A stretch of 63,705 bases of DNA from the NCBI GenBank assembly GCA_002784465.1, contig PFLE01000008.1, positions 1-63,705 on the forward strand, in the 5' to 3' direction. Below the pieces are notes generated by a model, which saw only the letters and a program-made list of their open reading frames with translations, made no database searches and had not been told where the DNA came from. Position 1 is the stretch's first letter. Each line of letters begins with the position of its first letter. The translations under genes were made by a program, and so were the position numbers. Source of the DNA: Candidatus Shapirobacteria bacterium CG_4_10_14_0_8_um_filter_39_15 (GTDB lineage Bacteria; Patescibacteriota; Microgenomatia; UM-FILTER-39-15). Shown here piece after piece: positions 10,010 through 20,609 of this stretch.

Positions 10010-11011
10010 TTGAATTATCAAAACATGTATGATTTAATTATTATTGGTCTTGGGCCTGCCGGTCTTACGGCTGGAATATATGCTTCCCGGTATCGGCTGA
10101 AGAATCTTATTATTGGGAAGGAATTGGGGGGGACAATTACTTTAGCCCATGCTGTCGAAAATTATCCGGGATTTGAATCGGTTTCGGGGGTTGAATGGTC
10201 GCAAAAAACCCTGGAGCAGACAAAGAAGCTGGGAAGTGAAATTGTCTATGGATTAGTGGAAAAAATAGAAAGGTTGGATGTTGGATATAAAGTTATCTTA
10301 AGAGACGGGCAGAAGCAAGAAGCGAGAAGCGTGATAATTGCGACCGGGTCCGAAAGAAGAAAATTAAATGTCCCGGGTGAGACTGAATATCTTGGTCGTG
10401 GAATATCCTACTGTACCACCTGCGATATACCCTTTTATAAAGAGAAAACGGTAGCCATGATTGGAGGAGGAGACGCTGCTGTTTCAGGAGCAATTCATGG
10501 TGCGGAATTTGCCGACAAAGTTTATATCATTTACCGGAAAGATAAGTTAAGAGCCGAACCGATTTGGACGGAAGAGGCATTGCAAAATAAAAAGATTGAA
10601 GTGATCTATAATACAAATGTCATCAAGATCTTGGGAACAGAAGAAATAAAAGACACAGATGAAAAATCAAAAATTGACCAAAATCAGGATAAGGTTGGAG
10701 GGGTGGAGTTGGATAAACCATATAATGGCAGCAACATTTTACCCGTTGATGGAGTGTTTATTGAGATTGGGGCGGTGCCGGGAACCAGTTTGGCGCAAAA
10801 CCTGGGAGTGGCTTTGGATGAAGTGAATTATATTCTGGTCGGTGAGGATATGAGCACCAACCTGCCGGGAGTTTTTGGGGCCGGGGATTTGACGGATAAT
10901 TCAAAAAACTTTGCCCAGATGATTGGCGCTTGCGCTCAAGGGGCGATTGCGGCGGCTTCAGCATACAAATACCTGAAAGGGGAAAAAGCACCACGTATTC
11001 TCGGAGCGTGA
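10010..11011 (+). CDS. trxB: thioredoxin-disulfide reductase
   Basis: GLGPAGLTAG FAD motif and a CTTC redox pair. The likely start is the ATG at 10025. Contains the word-repeat segment GQKQEARS. Confidence 0.85.
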   Translation: MNYQNMYDLIIIGLGPAGLTAGIYASRYRLKNLIIGKELGGTITLAHAVENYPGFESVSGVEWSQKTLEQTKKLGSEIVYGLVEKIERLDVGYKVILRDGQKQEARSVIIATGSERRKLNVPGETEYLGRGISYCTTCDIPFYKEKTVAMIGGGDAAVSGAIHGAEFADKVYIIYRKDKLRAEPIWTEEALQNKKIEVIYNTNVIKILGTEEIKDTDEKSKIDQNQDKVGGVELDKPYNGSNILPVDGVFIEIGAVPGTSLAQNLGVALDEVNYILVGEDMSTNLPGVFGAGDLTDNSKNFAQMIGACAQGAIAAASAYKYLKGEKAPRILGA

Positions 11012-11183
11012 GTAAGGATGGGGGTGAGTTGTGAGTTATGAGTCGAGTTATGGGGATGAGGATTGAAAGACAGAATTACTATACTTTTTTTATGCCGATA
11101 GACACTAAAAACATATAGTAAGTATAAAAAAAGATTCAAGCGCCCATGGATATTTGCTTTCAATGTTATAATTATGGGGTTAA

Positions 11184-11792
11184 TTGGGAGTTGGGATTTG
11201 GAAACAATATAGGATTACGATAAGGAGGAAGGAAATGACTGACTTGGAAGAGCTGAAAGAAAAAGTTGCCGGGCTTTGGCCAGACTGGAAAGTCATGTCT
11301 GGAGGACCGGAGGGGATGGTTGTTTTGGCAGCCAACGAAAACGGCAGGCTGGGGATGCTTATCTCCGACGTAAATATCCTGCCGAGGAAAATCCAGCTGA
11401 GATTAGAAACACAGTATTCCGGGGGAGTGAGGGAATGGACGATTGATTGGAAAGGAACAAAAGGGGTTTATCAAAGCGAGTTCCCTTACGAAAGACCCCC
11501 GAAAGAGAAAGGGTATTGTTATGGACTTGGTTTCTTGAGACAAGGACAATATACCCTTCTTAGGAGGGGCGGTCGCAGAAGTTTTTGTCTTTATAACAGC
11601 TCGGCACCCGATGAGTATCGGCAATGGACAGGATTACTGATTCGGGATTGGTTGGATGAAATGTTCGATGTGCGTGATTTTCTTTACTGGGTAAGCATGT
11701 TCTCGGGAGTGCGATATTCAGAAAAAGAATTACGAGCGAGGCTGCTCAAAGAAGTGCTCGTACGCATTGATCTGGATTCTGCCAACGCCTAG
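11184..11792 (+). CDS. hypothetical protein
   Basis: 202-aa ORF (ATG at 11235 more likely), higher GC, followed by a terminator. Confidence 0.45.
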   Translation: MGVGIWKQYRITIRRKEMTDLEELKEKVAGLWPDWKVMSGGPEGMVVLAANENGRLGMLISDVNILPRKIQLRLETQYSGGVREWTIDWKGTKGVYQSEFPYERPPKEKGYCYGLGFLRQGQYTLLRRGGRRSFCLYNSSAPDEYRQWTGLLIRDWLDEMFDVRDFLYWVSMFSGVRYSEKELRARLLKEVLVRIDLDSANA

Positions 11793-11799
11793 GGTTCGA

Positions 11800-11835
11800 G
11801 ACCCCAAGAAAATAATATTTCGCGGGGTCTTTTTC
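11800..11835 (+). terminator. rho-independent terminator
   Basis: GACCCC ... GGGGTC stem followed by TTTTT. Confidence 0.5.
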
Positions 11836-11924
11836 TTAAGAATAGATTGCTTCTCCCTCGGTAAACTCGGGATCGCAATGACATTTTCGGGGAAGATCCT
11901 TCACTTTGTTCAGGATGACGAGGG

Positions 11925-11953
11925 TTGACAGAAGGAATCAATTAAGATATTAT
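11925..11953 (+). promoter_or_regulatory. sigma70-type promoter of the ferredoxin gene
   Basis: TTGACA, 17-nt spacer, TATTAT. Confidence 0.5.
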
Positions 11954-11963
11954 TATTTCCACA

Positions 11964-12155
11964 ATGAAAACTCCAGTTGTTGATAAAGATAAATGCATCG
12001 GATGCGGGACGTGCACCGTTCTGGTTGGTAAAACTTTTAAATTAAGAGCTGACGGAAAAGCAGAAGTAATTGTCCCAGCGGGTGATGAGGAAAAAACCAT
12101 TCAGGAAGCAATTGACAGCTGTCCGGTACAAGCGATAACCTGGAAGGAAAGTTAA
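11964..12155 (+). CDS. small 4Fe-4S ferredoxin
   Basis: CIGCGTC ... DSCP cluster ligands, 63 aa. Confidence 0.8.
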   Translation: MKTPVVDKDKCIGCGTCTVLVGKTFKLRADGKAEVIVPAGDEEKTIQEAIDSCPVQAITWKES

Positions 12156-12176
12156 AATAAATCTTAAAATCCAAAT

Positions 12177-12245
12177 AAGTAAATCAGTAAAATATTGCCG
12201 GTTTCCGATCTCTTATCCCGATATTCTGATCAACTGATAATCTTG
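12177..12245. repeat. family P1 element (short copy)
   Basis: AAGTAAATCAGTAAAATATTGCCGG ... CCGATATTCTGATCAACTGATAATC. Confidence 0.55.
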
Positions 12246-12304
12246 TATTATAGATTCCGGATCACTTTCAGCGTAAACAAGTTTGGGATGACAGGAAAGA
12301 AATT

Positions 12305-13081
12305 ATGAATCAAAAAACTTTCCCAATTATTATTATTTTAGTCGCGATTGCTTCATTTCTTTTAGGAATAACGGTCAATGAAAAAATGGGGAAAACAGGG
12401 CAATCGCCCTTCGATAATACTCAGGGTAAAGGGATTTCACCAACAGCGGGGGCATCTTCATCTCCTTTGTCAATTGATAATCTTAAAAAATATGCGGCTG
12501 ATTTAGGATTGGATACCCAAAAATTTAATCAATGTTTGGATAATGGGGAACAAGCGAATAATGTTAAGCAAGATTTGGACCAAGCCACTTCTTTACAGCT
12601 GCCAGGCACCCCCTCCCTTTTTGTTAACGGTCGGTTTATGTGGGGCGTTTTTCCGTTAAATTTATTTAAGGAAGTGATTGATAAAGAACTGGCCGGAACT
12701 GGTTCGAATAACGTGAGTGCCTATTCTGCCGATCTGCAAAACGCGGCCAAGTCGCAAGGATCCCAACCGGCATCTTTTAATCCCAAACAGGTGAAAATTG
12801 ATATTTATTCGACTGATCCTCAAAAAGGTCCAGCTAACGCGAAAGTGACCTTGGTTAAGTTTTCTGATTTTCAATGCCCGGCTTGTTTAGCGGCTTATCC
12901 GGTAATCGAACAGATTCTTCAGGCCTATCCGAATCAAATCCGTTTTGTCTATAAACAATTTCCTTTAACGAGTATTCATCCTTATGCTCAAAAAGCCGCG
13001 GAAGCCTCGCTTTGCGCTAACGCCCAGGGAAAGTTTTGGGAATATTATGATAAGGTTTTTAATCTTGAATCGGGTCAATAA
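12305..13081 (+). CDS. DsbA-family thiol-disulfide oxidoreductase, membrane anchored
   Basis: N-terminal TM segment, FQCPAC CxxC motif, and a duplicated DsbA-like fold. The C-terminus looks short. Confidence 0.7.
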   Translation: MNQKTFPIIIILVAIASFLLGITVNEKMGKTGQSPFDNTQGKGISPTAGASSSPLSIDNLKKYAADLGLDTQKFNQCLDNGEQANNVKQDLDQATSLQLPGTPSLFVNGRFMWGVFPLNLFKEVIDKELAGTGSNNVSAYSADLQNAAKSQGSQPASFNPKQVKIDIYSTDPQKGPANAKVTLVKFSDFQCPACLAAYPVIEQILQAYPNQIRFVYKQFPLTSIHPYAQKAAEASLCANAQGKFWEYYDKVFNLESGQ

Positions 13082-13274
13082 AATATAAAGGTAAAAACCT
13101 TGATTCTCGCTAATCGCTCGAAATAAAGTCTTCACTCTGGAATCTTCAGGAAACTAAATTGCGATAAATTGCTATAATGTTATATTGCTAGAATGTTAGA
13201 TTGAGGTTTCTAGTCTTCTTTATACGGCAAGCATTATAACAATATAGCATTGTAACATTCTAACATTTTTACTT

Positions 13275-13874
13275 ATGCTTAAACTTAACGCTAAAGAACT
13301 TCGGACAACGATTGCTACTGAAGAGCAAAAAAAATCTATTAAAAAGAACCCAATTTATATTATTTTGGACAATGTTTTGGATACTTATAATGTGGGATCA
13401 ATTTTCCGGCTGGCTGACGCTGTTGCTGCCGAGAAAGTTTTTTTATGCGGGGAAACTCTGACGCCGCCGAATACCAGAATAAAAAAAGCATCGATTAATA
13501 CGACTGAATGGGTCGAATGGGAGTATTGTAAAACAGCGGGGGAAGCGATTGAAAAATTGAAGACATGTCATTCCGAACGGAGTGAGGAATCTAGCGAAGT
13601 GCATAAAGAAGATCCTTCCCTGCCTACGGCAGATCAGGATGACACGATCAAAGTTATTGCCGTTGAGTTGGATGAAAGAAGCGTGCCTTATGATAAAGTG
13701 GAATACAAATTTCCCTTGGCAATAGTCGTAGGGAATGAGACATATGGGGTGAGTAAAGAAGTTTTGGAGATGGCGGATGAGATTGTGGAATTACCGATGT
13801 TTGGGGTAAATAAAAGTTTAAATGTGATGGTTTCGGTAGGAATTATTCTTTACAAACTGACGGAGAAATTGTAA
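13275..13874 (+). CDS. TrmH/SpoU-family RNA 2'-O-methyltransferase with an in-frame repeat insertion
   Basis: Motifs YNVGSIFRLADA, VVGNETYGVS and LNVMVSVGIILY. The element at about 13567-13642 encodes HSERSEESSEVHKEDPSLPTADQDD. Confidence 0.8.
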   Translation: MLKLNAKELRTTIATEEQKKSIKKNPIYIILDNVLDTYNVGSIFRLADAVAAEKVFLCGETLTPPNTRIKKASINTTEWVEWEYCKTAGEAIEKLKTCHSERSEESSEVHKEDPSLPTADQDDTIKVIAVELDERSVPYDKVEYKFPLAIVVGNETYGVSKEVLEMADEIVELPMFGVNKSLNVMVSVGIILYKLTEKL

Positions 13875-13886
13875 AATATAACCATA

Positions 13887-14243
13887 ATGGGGATTACTCA
13901 AGTTTTATTAAAAGTTAAAAATCCGGCGGATCCGAAAAAGATTTTTGAAGGAAAATTTTTAGTTGATTCCGGTGCCAGTTATACGGTGGTACCCACAGAA
14001 ATTCTGAAAAAACTAGGTATTCAACCGCAGGGAGAAGAAGAATTTTCTTTAGCTGATGGTAAACTCATTAAAAGAAAAGTTGGCAGCGCTCTTTATGAGG
14101 TAGAAGGAGTGGAACGGGCGGCACCAGTTATGTTTGGTCAAAAAGGCGATTCTTTACTTTTAGGAGTTTTCACTTTAGAGGCTTTGGGTTTAAGCTTTAA
14201 CCCCTTAACCAGAAAACTTTATAAAGCGTTTTTAAGAATGTAA
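13887..14243 (+). CDS. retropepsin-like (clan AA) aspartic protease
   Basis: FLVDSGASYTVVP active-site motif, 118 aa. Confidence 0.7.
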   Translation: MGITQVLLKVKNPADPKKIFEGKFLVDSGASYTVVPTEILKKLGIQPQGEEEFSLADGKLIKRKVGSALYEVEGVERAAPVMFGQKGDSLLLGVFTLEALGLSFNPLTRKLYKAFLRM

Positions 14244-14311
14244 AACCTTATTTGTTCTTCGACTTTGTTTGAAACATGTAAAGGAGAGTCTTTGATAGGT
14301 AATTAGAAATA

Positions 14312-14410
14312 GCGGATGAGATTGTGGAATTACCAATGTTTGGGGTAAATAAAAGTTTAAATGTGATGGTGTCATTAGGAATAGTTTTGTACCAGATAAC
14401 AAATAAATGC
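14312..14410 (+). pseudogene. displaced duplicate of the trmH-like 3' end
   Basis: 14312-14370 matches 13773-13831 with one mismatch, then diverges. It would encode ADEIVELPMFGVNKSLNVMVSLGIVLYQITNK. Confidence 0.7.
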
Positions 14411-14600
14411 TTGCCCTGAGGAGTGAAACGACGAAGGGGTGAGTTTGGGAATAGTTCTTTTCGAGGCGGTAAAACACTTACCCCGAGAATAAGTTTTAAA
14501 GGGGAGTTAGAGGATTTTTAGAGGAGAATATGGGAAATTAGGGGAACAAGAGAGAGAATGGGCAATTGACTAAGGGGAACGAGGATGAAATAATAAAAAT

Positions 14601-16091
14601 ATGGATTCGGAAATAACACCAACTACGCCAGTAACTTCTGAAAACATTCCAGTTTCACCCACTCCTGTTTCTTCCAGAAAACCAAAAGCAATCGGGATTT
14701 TAATTATTTTTATTTTGCTGGTTTTAGTTTTTATTCAGTATTTTCAATTTCGAAATTCGACAGACTCGAGTTGCGGGGGAGATTGGAGCTATAATGTTAA
14801 ATGTTCGGTTGGAAGTTACTGCAAATCCTCAAATCAAGGTCCTTTCGTTGGTGGGGTTTGTACCCAATATTTGTCCGAGGTATTTTCTTTTCTGCACTTA
14901 GAACGCAATCCGAAAGACATAAAACAAACGGAAATAAAGCCGTCCCCGATTATTCAAAATCAAACGCCTACACCCTCCTTAAAAATTGACGAAGTTTTTA
15001 CTAATAATTCTTACACAAACTATACGTATGGTTTTTCTTTTAAACATCCTGGATTAATTCAGTGTTGTGCGATTGGTGGTCCGATGGGTGATTCAGTTGG
15101 AATTATCACGATGGCGGTTGAATCAACGAGAATGTCTGGAGGCGCTCCTTTTGATGGATTGGCGGTGTATGTCGTTCCTAATGAAAACATGATGTCTTTT
15201 TCTGCTTATATAGAAAATCAAAAATACACATTGGTTGAAAGGTATGTTGAGGTTAGCGGGGGTCAGAAGCCATATAACTCTTAAGCCTTAAGTCAAACAA
15301 TCGCCGGTCAACCGGCATATGTTCTTAAAAATTATGATCCATGGGCGGGAAATATTGAGTTTTATTATATTTTGTATCCCGATAAGCAAAGAATTTTAGA
15401 AATTTCAAAAATAAACGCATCTAAAGGAAGTTTTGATAACGCCTTTAGTCAAATTCTCTCCAGCCTAAAATTTCTCGAGCAAACGCAAGCCGGTCAAATG
15501 ATAAATTGGAAAACATATTCTGCTACCGGTGTATACGAAATACGTTATCCTGAAAATCTATATTCCGTAAGAAGCGGGACGGCATCTTTAAAAGCGGAAT
15601 GGCCCGGAATAATTATAATTTATCCAAAGGATTCTTTTAATAACAAGTCTCCATTATCTGTAACTTATAAAATTAGTATTGTAATTTCAGACAATTCCGC
15701 TAATTTGTCTATGGATCAACCATCAAAACTTTTCGGGAATGGGATATTAATACAATATCCTTCATTGTATGCGGATACAAATAAAGTTAAAGAAACAACA
15801 CTCGATGGTTTAAAAGCATATAGACTTGATAATCTTCCGGTAGGACCAGCCGGTATTACCACCGATATAATGACGATTAAAAATAACAAAATTTATGAAA
15901 TATTGGTTGAACCGGTTCAAGGTACGGGCGATTCGGAAGTCAATAAGCAAATAATCGAGCAGATTATTTCCACCTTTAAATTATTAAGTCAGTCTGCCAA
16001 TCAATCAACACCAACACCAATACCGACTTCAATAAATCCAGAATTGTCAATTAGATGGAAATTATCCGGATGCAGGCGGGAAATGTGTTAA
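14601..16091 (+). pseudogene. secreted/membrane-anchored hypothetical protein read through one in-frame TAA (ORFs 14601..15284 and 15372..16091 share a frame)
   Basis: There is no other stop between 15285 and 15371 in the same frame. The TAA lies at 15282-15284. N-terminal TM anchor. Confidence 0.5.
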
Positions 16092-16136
16092 AAATTGGTT
16101 CTTGACAAATCCCCCCCCGATTCTTATTATTAAATT

Positions 16137-17282
16137 GTGAGTAAAAAATCTAATAAACGGGGAAGTTTATTCTCTCTCCCTTTTTTGGCACTCTTGGTTT
16201 TAGTCATCGGACTACTGGTTGTTTTTTTCAATTCTTCAGAGAAAATTCTGTTTAAACCAAAAGCAAAGGGCACTCCAAAATTAACCATTAGCTCTATCGA
16301 CCAGTTGCAATCTTATGTTTTAGGGATTCCTGCGGGGAGTAATTTTGAGATTGAGGTTCCGGCGGCTACTTATTCCTTAATTTTTACGAACGCAGTTCAA
16401 GCCTATTGTAATGTTTCCAGAAAATGTGGAATACCAATCAGCGCCAGTTTGGTAGGACAACAAGATATAGCAAGTACGATCGGTTATGGTACAGCAGCCC
16501 CTAGAATTCCAATCATCATTCATTATTACTTTTCGGTTGCTAATGCCAAAATCCAAGCGAACATTACCAGCTGCGTATATTCTACTCGAGCTTGCAAAAA
16601 CGTAGAGGAAAATTCTATCCAAACAATTATGAACCAGATATTAGATCAAACTTTTAATAAATATAGTCAATATATGGAACCAGTTATGATAAAAGTCTAC
16701 CCGGATAGCATAAAAGCAATTTTTATGTCTAAAGTACCGCTTCCGATTGATCCAGGGAATTTTAATTTTAATTCATGCCAATACAAAATTACAATAAATG
16801 ATTACTACTTAAATCAACCGCCATTCTTTTCATTCACGGCACCTAATGACGTGATTGTACCTTGGCCGGCAAGACAAGAGGTTTATGTTATGAGAGATAA
16901 TATATCGAATAAAATATCGGTCGGACCCTTTAATTGGAATCCTGAATATGATACCGGTTGGAGTTTTTTAAAACAATATGATAATTCAAATAAACCGTAT
17001 TATGTTGCTATGGGAATTGTTGCTTGGGATAATATGGCCAAACAGCTACGGATTGCTTGCGGAGTATGGGAAGCTAATCCCAGACCAACTAGTACTTTGG
17101 TTCCTACGGCAACACCAATAAAAAGCAAACCACTTCCAACTAAATATTTGACACCGACTCCGGGTCCTTGTCCAAATTACGAGAGAAATTGTGTGAATAT
17201 TACAAAAAGTTGTCCTGAAAATAGTACCTTATATTCTCAAGGACAATGCGGTGCCGGTTTCCGCTGTTGTGTTCCTCAATAA
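16137..17282 (+). CDS. hypothetical secreted protein with a Cys-rich C-terminus
   Basis: 381-aa ORF with signal-anchor LFSLPFLALLVLVIGLLVVFF and C-terminal CPNYERNC...CGAGFRCC. Confidence 0.6.
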   Translation: MSKKSNKRGSLFSLPFLALLVLVIGLLVVFFNSSEKILFKPKAKGTPKLTISSIDQLQSYVLGIPAGSNFEIEVPAATYSLIFTNAVQAYCNVSRKCGIPISASLVGQQDIASTIGYGTAAPRIPIIIHYYFSVANAKIQANITSCVYSTRACKNVEENSIQTIMNQILDQTFNKYSQYMEPVMIKVYPDSIKAIFMSKVPLPIDPGNFNFNSCQYKITINDYYLNQPPFFSFTAPNDVIVPWPARQEVYVMRDNISNKISVGPFNWNPEYDTGWSFLKQYDNSNKPYYVAMGIVAWDNMAKQLRIACGVWEANPRPTSTLVPTATPIKSKPLPTKYLTPTPGPCPNYERNCVNITKSCPENSTLYSQGQCGAGFRCCVPQ

Positions 17283-17445
17283 TTCTCCAATAAAACATTG
17301 CTTCATTGTTCCATTGCTACGATTGTTATATTGTTAGATTGTTTGCTGCGGCAGGTTTTTCTCACAAAAAACAACTTTATATGTTAATCTAGAGACGGAT
17401 CGGTGAGATCGCTGATCGCCAGGTAACCATTCCTGAGTTAAGCGG

Positions 17446-17994
17446 TCATGAGCCGATCTTTTGATATCTTGACTTTTTCGTCTTTTGTGATATTATCTTT
17501 TTATAAGCCGGGGCTGAGTGCCGATTCTCTCGTAAAGTCGTAGAGTTTAAGCACCCACCGGCTATTTTTATGGCCTTTGGCCAGATTTCTTCATAAGTTA
17601 GTCGTTTATTCGCTCGTTGTTTTCCTTTAAAAGTTTTGTAGGCCAGTTCATGAGCTAAAGATTTCTTGCCAATTGTTTTCCAGGTAATGGTGATTTTTTC
17701 ATCAAGATTCTTAATCATCTTTTCAATAATTTTTGTTTGACCAGAATACTCTTTGTCAATAATGACGTTTTTACTGGCTAGTAATTTAATTAATTTGGTC
17801 AGAATGGCAGCAAAAACGGCATAAATAAAAATTTCTGGCTTTCCGGCAAGGCGAAAGCTTTCCTGAAGACGGCGTTTGTCTTTGGCAATAACAATAACTG
17901 AATATTCTTTACTGTTGACGGCGGCCAAAACCGTATCTCTTTCGGTCTGTTCAATTTTTCCTGATTGATCAATTTCGTAAACCATTGATGACAT
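17446..17994 (-). CDS. hypothetical protein, paralog of 87..506
   Basis: 182 aa. Shares the N-terminus and a conserved non-coding 3' flank with the first ORF of the window. Confidence 0.6.
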   Translation of the reverse strand: MSSMVYEIDQSGKIEQTERDTVLAAVNSKEYSVIVIAKDKRRLQESFRLAGKPEIFIYAVFAAILTKLIKLLASKNVIIDKEYSGQTKIIEKMIKNLDEKITITWKTIGKKSLAHELAYKTFKGKQRANKRLTYEEIWPKAIKIAGGCLNSTTLRENRHSAPAYKKIISQKTKKSRYQKIGS

Positions 17995-18107
17995 TATATT
18001 CTAATTTTTTCCACAAAAAACGCGCGAATTGGCTTGGTTTTAGAGGATAGTTAGAGGATGTTTAAAGGAGGGTAAGGGTGAGCTGGGAAAGTAGGGATTA
18101 GGGGAAT

Positions 18108-18635
18108 TTGGGGGTTGTGGGGGAGGTGAGGAAAGAGAGAGGGAAGAGAAGGACTAGAAGGATTAGGGGTTTGATTTTAGCCTCAATTTTAGGTTGGAAT
18201 TGGCAGGAGGGATTGGTAAAACTGAAACAAGCCGGGGGCTATAAACAATCAACAACTGTTTTTCCTAAACAGGCAGAAATAACCCAAGCAGTTGACGGTG
18301 ATACGGTAGAAATTAATAACGGACAGACAATAAGAATGTTGGGAATTAATGCGCCGGAACGGGGAGAAGCCGGTTTTGAAGAAGCCAAAAATTATATGGA
18401 AGATATTTTTGACGGAAAATCGGTTTCTTTGGAATACGATACGTATCAGGACGATAAATACGGCAGAGTGTTGGCTTATATTTGGGAAGATTGTCAATCT
18501 GCCATGGGTTGCAATAACGGTAAAAGAATGCTTAATTGGTTAATGGTTAAAAGGGGATTGGCGAAAGTGGTTGTTTACGAAGACAGAAGGAAATTAAAAT
18601 ATGAGGAATTACTAAAAGAGGCTGAAATTAATTAA
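18108..18635 (+). CDS. thermonuclease (SNase-like) family protein
   Basis: VDGDTVEI ... IRMLGINAPE ... YGRVLAYIW. The start is probably downstream of 18108. Confidence 0.75.
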   Translation: MGVVGEVRKERGKRRTRRIRGLILASILGWNWQEGLVKLKQAGGYKQSTTVFPKQAEITQAVDGDTVEINNGQTIRMLGINAPERGEAGFEEAKNYMEDIFDGKSVSLEYDTYQDDKYGRVLAYIWEDCQSAMGCNNGKRMLNWLMVKRGLAKVVVYEDRRKLKYEELLKEAEIN

Positions 18636-18718
18636 TTTCGTTGGGGATTGCTTCGGGACGTACCGTTTGGTACATCCCTCGCAATGACACCAACTTCGCG
18701 ATAACAAAATCCTTCTCA

Positions 18719-18747
18719 TTGACAAACCTATTAATCTTTGGTATCCT
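18719..18747 (+). promoter_or_regulatory. candidate rRNA operon promoter
   Basis: TTGACA, 17-nt spacer, TATCCT, about 270 nt upstream of the 16S. Confidence 0.4.
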
Positions 18748-18996
18748 ACCCAAAGTATGAACTGAAAGTTTTGCCAATTGATAAAGGCTTTGGGCCCCGA
18801 TTGGCGGGGCTTTTCATTTTTAAAGAGTTCTATCGCCCTTTAAAAGTTAAATAGATATCTAAAATGTATTTATCCGAGCTTTTGCTCGGTATTCAAAATG
18901 TGAAGGGAAGTCCCGCTATTATGCCGATTTCATCGGCATCAGCGGGATCCCGACGGTTCGAGCCGCAAGGCGAGAATAATGTCGGGATAATTTTTT

Positions 18997-19039
<43 letters not shown>

Positions 19040-19482
19040 TAAGCATGCAAGTGGAACGCCCGCGCAAATCTCGCAAGAGATTTGTTCGGGAGTCGCAGAC
19101 GGGTGAGTAATAGGTAGGAATCTACCTCGAAGCGGGGAATACCTATCCGAAAGGATAGCTAATACCCCATATGGTCCCGCACCATACGGTGCAGGAGCAA
19201 AGGATGTAACTGTCCGCTTTGAGATGAGCCTACTTCCTATCAGCTAGTTGGTGAGGTAATGGCTTACCAAGGCTTTGACGGGTAGGGGGCGTGAGAGCGC
19301 AATCCCCCACAAGGGCACTGAGACACGGGCCCTACTTCTACGGAAGGCAGCAACTGGGAATTTTGCACAATGGACGAAAGTCTGATGCAGCAACGCCGCG
19401 TGAAGGATGAAGGTTTTCGGATCGTAAACTTCTTTTGCCAAGGTTGAGAGACTTTGGCGAATAAGCACCCGCTAACTACGTG

Positions 19483-20337
19483 AGGTTTTGAAAGAAAAAC
19501 GTCGGCACGTAGGTTATCAATCTGGCTATATGCTGGAACACTTGGTTAATATTTGACTACTAAAGCAAACCTTGCTACAGTGAAAATGTCGAATAAACCC
19601 GAAAAAATGACCGCAGATCATATATGGGTATCAAGCTATCAGCAGGCAACCCCCCGTCTGACGGGGGAGAGTCCTCAGAGACTATACGCCAGAGTCCGAT
19701 GTTAATATCGGACAAGATATAGTCCAAGAAGAAAAATGGAATATCTCTTGAAACAAATTCTTATTGGTTCACTACTCGGGGATGGACATCTAACACCATT
19801 AAATAAGAAAGGTTTGTCTCAATTATACTTAAAGTATGATGATAAAACTCTTTCTTATCTGGAATGGTTACACAAGATGTTTATTCCGATTAAGACTAAT
19901 GAGATTAAAGAGAGATCAAAAGGTGGTTATCATCAACACTACTTTACTACATTGCCAAGTTTGGAACTGGGTTATTATCGGAAATTGTTTTATCCGTTGG
20001 GTAAGAAATCAGTACCGGAAAACATCTCCAAATTATTAACTCATCCTATTGCTTTGGCAATATGGTATATGGATGATGGAACGTTGGATTTCCGCAAGAA
20101 ATACCATCGTAATGCCTCTTTTGCAACATTTTGTTTTAGCTTCAAAGAATGTGAGTACCTGCAAAAAATGCTAGAGAGAAATTTCTCTATTCGGGTAGGT
20201 ATTCACAAAACCACAATGAGGGAAAAGCTATATTTTCGTTTATATGTCAGATCAGAAAGCATGGATTGTTTTCTGTGTTTGATTGGAAAATATATTCATC
20301 CCGTTTTTAAATATAAGGTTCTAATAGCTAAAACTCA
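19483..20337 (+). mobile_element. 16S intron 1 (group I-like core), inserted between GCTAACTACGTG and CCAGCAGC (about E. coli 517/518)
   Basis: Core TCAGAGACTATACG ... GATATAGTCC at 19676-19724. The boundaries lack the canonical terminal G. Confidence 0.7.
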
Positions 20338-20353
20338 CCAGCAGCTGCGGTAA
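19736..20353 (+). CDS. LAGLIDADG homing endonuclease (double motif)
   Basis: LLGDGHL and WYMDDGTL motifs. The ORF runs 16 nt into the downstream 16S exon. Confidence 0.85.
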   Translation: MEYLLKQILIGSLLGDGHLTPLNKKGLSQLYLKYDDKTLSYLEWLHKMFIPIKTNEIKERSKGGYHQHYFTTLPSLELGYYRKLFYPLGKKSVPENISKLLTHPIALAIWYMDDGTLDFRKKYHRNASFATFCFSFKECEYLQKMLERNFSIRVGIHKTTMREKLYFRLYVRSESMDCFLCLIGKYIHPVFKYKVLIAKTHQQLR

Positions 20354-20609
20354 TACGTAGGGTGCAAGCGTTATCCGGATTTATTGGGCGTAAAGCGTTT
20401 CGTAGGTGGTTTAATAAGTCATATCTTAAAGACCAAGGCTTAACCTTGGAAATGGGTCTGATACTGTTAGACTAGAATTTTGTTGGGGATGCTGGAATTC
20501 CCGGTGGAGCAGTGAAATGCGTTGATCTCGGGAGGAACACCAATGGCGTAGGCAGGCATCTGGGCAATGATTGACACTGATGAACGAAAGTTAGGGGAGC
20601 GAAAGGGAT

